This document shows positions 13,298 through 23,600 of a stretch of 64,000 nt of DNA, one piece after another (within the stretch, counting starts at the first letter, position 1; each line of letters opens with the position of its first letter). The notes beneath the pieces are model-generated. The model made no database searches, was not told where the DNA came from, and was given only the letters and a program-made list of their open reading frames with translations. Source of the stretch: Oculina patagonica (lineage: Eukaryota); NCBI RefSeq assembly GCF_052425735.1, contig NC_135766.1, positions 11,594,001 to 11,658,000 on the forward strand, written 5' to 3'. A program made the position numbers and the translations under genes.

Positions 13298-13509
13298 CTG
13301 TAAAATAAAATAAAGACATAAATAAATAATAATGAAAGGTACACGAACAAGTAAATATGAAGGAACTCGCCATAGGCAAGAAGAAGGAAAGAAATAAAAA
13401 AATGTTTAGTCTTCCCGACGCAAGTGGAATTCGACCTGTCTTTGCAGGGTTGAGGGCAGTCACTTTGATAATGATCTTTTCGTCAAGGCTGATTTGGATG
13501 GGTGTTTTA

Positions 13510-13815
13510 ATGGAGGGGGAGGAGGAGCTAGGGGAGGAGAGGACGAGGAGGGGCAGAAGAGNNNNNNNNNNNNNNNNNNNNNNNNNNNNNNNNNNNNNNN
13601 NNNNNNNNNNNNNNNNNNNNNNNNNNNNNNNNNNNNNNNNNNNNNNNNNNNNNNNNNNNNNNNNNNNNNNNNNNNNNNNNNNNNNNNNNNNNNNNNNNNN
13701 NNNNNNGAGGGGGGAGGGGGGGGGGGGGGAAGGGGGGGAGGAGAAGGAGGCAGAGGAGAAGGAGGAGCAGGAGAACCAGGACAAGGAGCAGGAGGACGAC
13801 GCCACCGACGAGACG
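13510..13815 (+). repeat. GA-rich purine low-complexity tract containing the assembly gap (N 13562-13706)
   Basis: GGAGGA-type repeats flank 145 N. A paralogous tract lies at ~40820-41125. Confidence 0.9.
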
Positions 13816-14584
13816 AAGGCATGGTAAACAAAGATAATTTAGTTCTTTACACTTTAATTTAGTTCTTACCACGTAGTGAATAATTAGTCAATGAAGAGCG
13901 ATTCAGCTGTGCAACTAAGAAATAGTTGGAATGGTAGTTTAAAACTTCATAAACTACTCCACCATAAGTTGCACAATACAAGCAACGTTGCTCAAAAACA
14001 ACACGCTAGTTAAAAAATTAACAAATTGAAACTACTCTTGAACGGTACGTTCCAGGAGATTTTTTAATGATCATGGTTGTGATTTTGTATATCCAGCTCT
14101 CCTCTTTTTCACCTACGGTCTCACCAATAGAACAGTTACCTACAAAGAGTTGTCAGTATAACAACCCAAATCATTTCTACATCAGGAAAGTAGCAGGTCA
14201 ATTTCGCATTTTTTTGTTGAAATGATGTCTCCTGTTTTATAAGTCAAATGAGTAAATAAGTCATGAGTCAGTAAGTCAAGCTAATTTTTGCACAAAGTAG
14301 GTTATCTATTATTCAAACGATGGTTTGCCTGTATATAAAATTACAAGCAGTCAACTTTGATTTCGGTTAGTTCCACGCCAATTTGCTTGCAGTTAGGTCC
14401 ACTTCAGTTTGCTTGCAGTTAGTTCCAATCTAGTTTGCTTGCGTTTAAATTTTACATCTTTTAGTAAGGGCAGCACCATTTTCAAATGAATAACTAAATA
14501 AAAAATGTGACTCATGACGCACTGACTTACAAAAACTTTAATCTCTGTTGAAATAACTATGATTAAGGAAAAAATAACTCACCC

Positions 14585-14697
14585 TCAGAGCACAGCATAA
14601 GCAATAACTGCTAGAATGCCTATCAACACTGCTACGATTATCAAAACATTCCAATTGGTCCTTAAATCCTCTTGCACACTTGGCTGCGAAGTTTCAG
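14585..14697 (-). CDS. C-terminal transmembrane (tail-anchor) exon of gene C
   Basis: Strong acceptor tttcttttctctag|CT GAA. Reads (A)ETSQPSVQEDLRTNWNVLIIVAVLIGILAVIAYAVL*. Donor gg|gtgagt lies 2 nt after the stop. Confidence 0.7.
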
Positions 14698-17600
14698 CTA
14701 GAGAAAAGAAAAGCAAGAAAATTCAGCTAAATGACAACATCAGGACAGAAAAGACGGTTTACGGAGAAGCTAACCGAAGCTAAGTCCTTTACTTTAATTT
14801 TGTTTATTATAAAAACAAATTATCTGGGAAGAGTAAGAGAAAATCGTAGTGATTGACACAGGAATGTTAGAACAGACAAAACGCTCTGTGGGTAACTATT
14901 TTCTAACACTTTGAAACCTTGATTGTCTTTACCAAAGTCAACAGACTGACCTGAGACAGCGAAATAACAAGCTGCACATTTCAGAGACAAGGGAAAACAC
15001 AAGCATGCATCCATTAAGTGGTCACCACCGACTGTGGGTTACATTTTAGCACCCGCCATTTAAAGAATTTCAAAAGGAAGTCAGGCCACACTATTTTAAT
15101 TAGTTAACTGATATTAAGATACAAAACGGACACAGTAATGAGTATAGTGAAACCAAAAATGGGGTTTAAAAGAAAGTAAAACTTAAAGCCTATTTGTAAG
15201 TTACTTTAAAAATAAAAATATAAACCCGAAAGTAATTTCCAAGCTATTTAAAAATAGTTTTTGGTCTCAAAGACTCAAAACAAAACAAACCAAAACACAA
15301 CCTATCGAGTCTACTTGGCGAACCTGGGAACAGATTCACAAAGCTGCTCTGCAAGTTAAAAGATGCATCCTACATGTTGAGAAAGATGTAATTTTTCTGT
15401 TGTCACGAGCGTGGGGCAAAGAAAAAACCTGAATCTCCAACGGGAATCGAACCCATGGCCTTTCGAATGATGACCTTTCATGACTGATCGGACGCTCTAA
15501 AATAAGGAAGATTCGTTGCGAGCAGACTTTTCCTTCTACTAGGCTCATGGGACATGCGTCCTGTATACTGCTAGGACCGGTAATATCGAAAGCGTACTGT
15601 GTGGAGATTGACAAAGAAAGATGGTAATTTTAAGCTACGTAAATAAAATGAGAAAAGTGTAATTTTCTTTCATGAGCGTGGGACAAGAAAAATATTGGAA
15701 TCCCTAAATTTTGTATCTTAACAATAGGCTTTGATATCTAAATGATAAATTTGAACCTACGAAGACATTCTAACAGTCCCTGGTTTAATATATTCATGAA
15801 GCATTTTTTTTTATGGTTATCATAGCTCGACAGGTAAAAGGCAGCCCGTGTAATAACTGACCGGTTAATTTTTAGCGGAAAATAAAATTCTTTTATTTTC
15901 TCTGCAAAAGTCGAACATTATGTTCTAAATACGAAAATCGCGTATGGTTTGTATTAATAGTTGCATTTGGCTGTTTGGTAGAAGCAACCGTAGGGTGAGC
16001 TAATCCGTTGTTTTTAAAACTGGTTTTGGCCTGAAACTCTCGGCCGTAGATTTACACAGCAAGCTCATGCTAACAAGAAATTAATAAGCACTAAATCAAC
16101 TTGTTCATATCCTACAAAAATCCTCCTATCGATGCCACGCGAGTCATTTACCAGGTGCCTCTCTAATGCGAATTCACAAAAGGCCAAAATGACTGTTAAG
16201 AAAAACAGATTAGCTTATCCTATGGTCACTTCGAAAGAAACGGCGAAACGCAAGTATTAATACTTGCAAGCCAAGACAAACAAATACAAATTCTGTATTT
16301 AGAACATAATGTTTGACTTCTGCAAAAGAAAACGAACGCAAAAACTTAATTTTTATTTTCCGCCGAAAATTGAAAAGTTATACTGAGACAAGCAGCCTGG
16401 ATTGCTTTATAAAATGATCCCAGAAACTAAGATTTACTTATTAGCTCATACCTTGAACGATGTTCCGCATCTTTTCTACAAGCTTTGTACACTGTGTCTC
16501 CCAGCTGTACTTCTGACCATAGGATTCACGTAACGTTTCGATTTCTAGCAGACGTTCTCCATGTCTCGCACGGACAGTCTTGATGGCCTTTGCCCAGTCC
16601 TTGGGCTCCTTTGAATCAACTATAGATGAATTGTCAAATTGTAGGTTCTGTAATGCTCTAGCAAAGCCTGAATTACCACTCACAAGAATTGGCAGACCAG
16701 CAGATAAGGCTTCAAGAACAATCAGACCAAAACCTTCAGTCCTCGATGGCATAATAGCTAGATCAACTTCACAAAACAAGTCTTTCATTTTCTCTCTGTT
16801 TTCTACAAATTTTCTCACCGTCAGTTGTTCTTCAGCAATACCACAGTTGAGTAACGTTTCTGCTACCTCGTCTTCTTTTCCATCAGGGGCACCCACAAAT
16901 AGGAGGCGATAAGGCTCTCCTTTCAGTTCCTGGTCAGCAAATGCTTTAGCAGCGATGTCATAACCTTTCAGCTTGAAATCCTCAGCATCACCCCGACCAC
17001 ACAACAACACTTTGAACTCGGAATTCTCGTTAGCATTTCGCTTCAAACCTGTGAATTCTCTGAAGAGTCCTGGAGTGAGGGTAAAAATGTCTTGATCTCC
17101 CTTACATCTTAAGTATGAAGAGTAAGCCTCTGCCAGTTTGGGGCCAATTGGTACGACAAGATCAGCCAGTTTGCAGAGATCAACTTCAGTCTGATGTTTT
17201 TTCCCACCCTTTGAAATAGCACCAGAATGACTCTTGAACATGCCAAGCTGTTCCGGAGCAGTATGCACCACTTGAACCCATTTACAATTGTAAGATCGAG
17301 GATCTTTTAAAACTTGCCCTTGACAACCAAGCTTCATACCATGGCCAATAACAACATCCATTCTGAGGTCTTGTGACGGAAAGCTCAACCAATCAAGACG
17401 GTCGTACCCTGGGCGTTCCTTTGCCTCAATGACAGTAATGCCGTTCCTCTGAGCTGCGTTCTTGTGCACATCCGTACAGGCACCCTCAGGGACAAAGAAA
17501 GTGACATCTACTCTAGGTTGCTTTGCCAAGTGAATAGCCAGCTCTCTGTTTAACGTTGACAAACCACCAGCCGACGAGGACCACTCATCACCGAGAAGAG

Positions 17601-20600
17601 TAACTTTCAAGGCCGCCGCGGTACAAAGAGGACCTTGTTGCTCAGGTACCACCTGCGACGTAGCCTTTGCACCAACGTCAGGATGAAACTGCAACAGAAT
17701 ACAAGTTGAACAAGGTTACTTAATAATAGTTGAATGACAGAAGATCTATTTCAAGAAATCCAGTTCTGCAGCAACATATTCTGAGTAAAAAGGCACTGTT
17801 CTATGCGCCTGGATTTATGTCCTGCCAGAGAGGTGTCTAAGATTCAACCTGAAGAACATTCTATACTGATGATGTACATGTAGCTCTTCAGAGCTCCGTG
17901 TAACATGTATAATTGCTTGATTACGAAATATCAAAGTTGAGTAAAAGCAAACGAGCAACAACATGTAACTTTATAAAGTGACCTCATTTAAGACGCTTTA
18001 TAGTTTGATGTAATTAACGTTTCTTTGGGAAAATCCAAATCCGGATTCTTGTATCCAAAAAAGGATTTTGTGTTTCTTTACCTATATAATCTGAAAATGG
18101 ATTAATCTTGGATCAATGATCTCAAGAATCCACACTTCGAGTGGATACATCAGATCATATCTAAATCCGGACTTTTTGGATTCATGACCCGTGGGTTTCT
18201 TTTGAAAAGGATTTGAAAAAAGTGCATTGGCCCAGCGGTCTTTGCTGTGAAAGTACAGTTTCGCTCTGTGTAAACACTGTCATACGGTAAGTCTTCAGGC
18301 GCTTATTTCGATCAAAATACAAGAATAATTCACGAGACAGGATGCAGGTTTTCGAGAACAGCCACCTTGTACCTATGGAAGTTGTATCCTTTTGAAATTG
18401 CCACGAGTGAAGTTTGCATTGTTCCTTTTGCAAACATTCTTCGCTCTCAGATGCATTCTCGCCACATTGTGCTTGAGGCTAAAGATGATATTTTCTGTTT
18501 TGTGCGAAATGTGTTTACGGGGTTGTCATGCGAAAAATCCATTTTCGGATTCTTCGTTTCTTTGGGAGCAAAGTATCCATGTGATTTGAGATCAATGATC
18601 CAATTTTGGATTTTCCCAAAGAAACGCACCCTAAGTCACGGTATCACTTTTGGTGTAAAGAAAAGTTCATATCTGTTTAGGTTTTTCAACAAGAACCAAC
18701 ATAGCATTAGAGATTTAGTTGTTTCGAAAATATGATTAACACAATGTCGGTTTCTGATTGTCCGAGCAGCGGTTAACACTAGCCCTGGAATAAACACTTA
18801 ACAAGAGTTTTACTCTGCCTGTTTAAGAATCAGTTTTTTTGAGCTAATTTAAGTCTTAAGTCGCATCACGCTCAATATTTTCACTTGTAACCTCCAGTAA
18901 CTGCCAAAGTCAATGAATAAAACGTGAATTCCATAATTCTAGCTGACATTATAAATAATTAAAGGATTTTTACCTCAGTTCCACGGAGTAGCAACCATTG
19001 CTCTAATCCAACTGGGGCGATTGGTTCATCGCCGAAATTAATTGGACAGATCATCTGTCCTTTGGGACGTAATGGAAGGAGACGCAGGCAGTCATCATGA
19101 GTGCAGCATACTGATCTGTGCTTGTCACACGGGTCAGTGCAGTTCAAGCAGTGAGCGCACGCCACACACAGTTCATACTTGAGATTACGTAGCCAGGATA
19201 ATTCATGTGACATGACTTTTAAGGTATCTTCAAGAAAGGCCCGAACGTCACTTGCCATTGTCGCTGTGGTTGGAGGAGCTGAAGCAGGTTTTCGTTTCAA
19301 AATGACCTTAATGAACCTCTTTCTGCAAATAAGGATCAGATAAAAAATGGTCTGCTTTCCAATGAAGAGCCTCGCTCCATTTTGGTACAAGTTAGGAGCT
19401 GTTTTGGGATTGTACTCAGAGCACCACCGTATGCATCTTGCCAGAAGCTGAGCAAAGAGCCCGTGAGGTACAAAGCCATCAAGGAACTCTAGATACAGTG
19501 GGCAAGGATCACAGTCAGAGGGCTCTATCTGATACAGCTCTGAAGGAGATGATCTAAGCTGGGCTGGTACAAAGTATCTTTCTTCCTGTTCGCCATCTGC
19601 TGGAAGGAAGGAAAGTTTGGCAATTAAACCATAGAGCTCCATCATGTTCAAAATGTCCTCCTTGGAAAGGCCTTTCTGAACAAGATCTGCAAAAACATGA
19701 TCGACAAGAGCCATTCTGAGAATGCCACTTTCCTCGAGCTCCTGCCAGCACTCTGAGTACAGAGAATTCTAAATGAAAAAAGAATAATGTGAATTGTTAG
19801 AAAGTAATGCTCTTTTCAGTAACAAAGAAATAAAAACTCCAAACAAAACCTAAAAACGTGATAGGTTTAGTTTTCCTCCTGACTGACTGATCCCCTCCCT
19901 ACCTAGTTTGTTGCAAGACTTTTTGTTTTTGAACTAATAGACAATTTGCACGATGACATGATTTTGCTGTACAACAACCGGAATCCTTCAGGTAGTCCTT
20001 TCATTCCGATCTACTGGTATATGAACGTTGGACACCTAACAGGTTGGTTGTCACAACTCCCAATTGACCCCAAAACAAATTTATTACATGTACATGGAGT
20101 ATCGTTATTAATATTTACCACTTCGTCGTAAGGTCGAACGGTAATCAGTAGTTTGAAAAGATCGATTAGCCACTGAGCCTGTAAAACCACAGTACGGCCA
20201 AACTTCACAATCACACCTAGGTCATGATAGAAATCCAACATGGTTGACAATTCTTCCTCGTCATCAATACGGCAAACTCGTTTGGTGACTGTTAGAAGCT
20301 GATCGAGGTCCATGTGATAGATTTTTGTTGCCACCAGTTCTTCAACAACTTTTTCGAAGTTGAACCACCTAAGAAAGACAACAGGTCATAAGAAGCTGGT
20401 TTGTGAAGTGTTAGCTGTTACTGTTGCGGTGATATGATTTCTAAAGATTGCTGTTAGTTGTTATCGTCATCGCTAACTACTGTAGATATGACAGAATAAA
20501 TTAAATTATCATTCTTTTTATTGGCCAAGAGGCTACCACATGACCTGCAAATAACAGCAACAAACAATGGTCTGCTCATACGTATTACCGTCTGACAGTG

Positions 20601-23600
20601 ATTTCTGCAAATATTATTCTGCTCCTGCGTAGTTTTGTTCAATTATATGGAAAATGGCAGCTAGTTTTCCAGAGTTGTGGAAGAGTGGTTGGATCTGTCT
20701 ACAAGTCCCGCAAGGCAAAAAATTTCCCCCTAATGTATTTAGGTGATATCTGAAGTATGTCTGTATTCAGGTAATATATATCTGAAATTAACAATAACTG
20801 AACTCGGTTTTTGCAAAGTAACAAGATCATTTATTTGCCGAAGCCGAAATAATTGATAGACCTGCAAGATACTGACAAATCACGATATTTTGCTCAACCT
20901 CGTCGAATAATTGTTAATTATTTGCATGGCGGAGAGAAACAAGCATTGACACGATCCTCGGAATGGGTCCACCAATATAAACATTTGGGGAAAAGAAACC
21001 CGAATAATATTCAGGACTTCAATGGGAAGTCCTAAATTTTCTCAGGCTTCTTTACGCCTATTGCTTAAATTGATGGGCTCACGGTTAGAACGGTGGCAAT
21101 GCTTGTTTAGAGTACATGTAAACACAAGATTTCATATTTGCTTAAGGAAACTTTCAAGGGTTGTATTCACTTAATTGAAGAAACGTTGACCATGTGAAAA
21201 GTATAAAACATTAAAGATATGACCCAATGGCATTCTGGGTAGACTTGGTAAGCTTGGTAATATTCCTTTTATTAATAGTAAAGATGTTTTATTTCTTTGA
21301 GAGCCTTTTCCAACCTGTCTTATTATTACGTTTATTCTGTCACAGGCGACAATTATATTTTTTTCCGATTTCCCGGTAAACATTTAGATCGCATCGTTCA
21401 TGATTTATGCTTTTTATGGGTCAGCGGTTCTTCAATCTGGTGCACCTCACTACTGAAACGTTCATGCGCAAAATGAACATTTGGCACGTCAAATGTCGTC
21501 ATCATCAGGCCCTACTTGACAACTGTATTGGTTATTACAGGCACCATACCTGATCGGCACCTCTTCACCCATGTATGGTTCCTGGTTCAACACCTCCATG
21601 ATCTTATTCTGCAGTGATTGAACCCCATAACCACTCAATGATCCTGTGTTATCAACAGCAAAGAATGGCCTGATAACATGCTTCTCATATGCCTTTCCTT
21701 TAATACTCTTCTTGATGCACCTTTCCATTTCCACGATGTCCTCAAATGGTTTATCGGCATGCGTACCTACAATAAAGACTGGAGGACGGAGGCAGCGTGG
21801 ATTTCCCTTCCGATCATCTGCTTCATCTCTTGTGGGTCGAATACAGTGCACTGAGACCAACCAGGACAATAAATTGTCCAAATTTGTCTGATTGGTTGGG
21901 TTTTCCAGGAGGATATCAAGAGTCCCCTGCCTTGCACAAGGCTCTGCTTGGGTGCTCAGATCTTTGCTAAGGTTATGCACCAAAACGTAAACAGCTCGCA
22001 AGGAAAGGAATATGGAATGTGATGCGTAATAAAGGTGTTGCCCAGCAAAATCCCACACAGATAACATGACTTCTTTGGCTTTGATGTCATCCTCTAATTT
22101 CAGACCCTGTAAGTACTGCTCAACCATTTCCATGACATCATTTGGCAAAACTGCAGTTGTATCAATTCTTGATTGAGTATCTTGATCTGCTGGCATGCTC
22201 CTTTGTGGCACATTACTGCTGGGAGGGTCAATCTCTGTTTTGCTTACCTGGTTTGAATCTGGTATTGAGTCACCCATCGTAGGAGAAGCTTCTGATTGCT
22301 TGAGACGTTCATCGTCAGCCTGGAACGGAAGAAAAACACCTGAGCACAATTAATGTTTCATGGAAATAAAACCAATTGACCTAATGAAAAACCTATAACA
22401 GATTTTCGGTATCTATTGTAAACTGGATTAGATTAGGCACAGTAACACACAAGTTTGGTAGAAAGTTCATAAAGTGCAACGGATAGCACGCGGTAAGGGC
22501 GCGCAGAAAGATGGTACAAATGAAGAGAGTACAGTTAAATCATCAAAACAAAGCAGTCAGTTATACCTCAATACCAGGCAAAATGAGAGCATGTGAGCTT
22601 AGAAATTTATTAATTACCTGCTCCAAATCCATCTTGTCAATAGTCTTTGGGTCTTTGCCTTCCAATTCTTGTAAGTCTCTGGCAATTATTTTTGCTAGGT
22701 CGTCATTAAACTCAGACACATCAAGTTTCTTCTGTTCTGTGCACTGCCAGTTCTGAACTTGGTCGACCCCCACTTCACACTTGGATGGGTCAACTTTGAC
22801 TCCTAGAGTACTCTCTTCTTTAGGGTCAAAAGGGATGCCAAGCAGAGATTTCTTCAGGCTTGTCTTCCCTGCACGGCCTTGGCCAAGTAACATAATACGA
22901 CCGCGGTAAACTTTCACACTTCCCTTTTTCAGAGCTTTTTGATAAGCAGCCTCTGCTTTATGGCCCTGGGCTTGAATTTCATGTGGTACTGAGGAACCTG
23001 GGTTGAAATGAATGACATTTAATGCCTAACTTCACTTAGTAGAACAGCACTGTTTGGGGATGTTGCAGTAAAAGTCTCGCCGACAAACTTCAGAAGCTGC
23101 AAAACCGTGCGGCTCACATATTGTTATCCGCTCCTTGTGATTCTAATACTGCAGACCTGCCTCGAAAGGCCCCTGCTAAACAATTGTGGCATTAGACAAT
23201 TATTGAATTAATCGAATAAATGAATTATTTATTCTCAGGCTAGCTAGAAATGCAGCGATGTTCTTTAATTTATGTTAAATTAAGGTTATTTAAGCGTATA
23301 CACGAAGTGCAACGACTGACATCGACAACTTAACGAGCAAGTATTTGCATAAAAATATACATGAGCGCGCGCGCGTGATTTGATGTATTTGCGTGTGGAA
23401 TTGTTTGTGAACAAAATGTTTACTCAAAGTGAAGTAGGGCTCTAAAAATACCCGTGTTTCTTTGATTTCTAAAACAACGAAAAATGTTAGAGCTCTTAAG
23501 AGATTTTACCCAATTTACAGCAACGCTTAACATAATACGTTTGTATAGATTGAAGGAAGTCTGTGGCCTAATATTCATACAAATTTGAATATTCTTGCAA

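Noticed and set aside
13263-13872. Several ORFs spanning the N-run
   Set aside because: Artefacts of low-complexity purine sequence and the assembly gap.
16441-17694. Bacterial mshA-like gene or bacterial contamination
   Set aside because: Each GT ORF is bounded by spliceosomal sites in phase with neighbouring exons and is embedded in animal repeats. No gene symbol is justified.
18974-22997. LRRK2/DAPK1/MFHAS1 ortholog
   Set aside because: No LRR, ankyrin, kinase or death domain in the spliced model.
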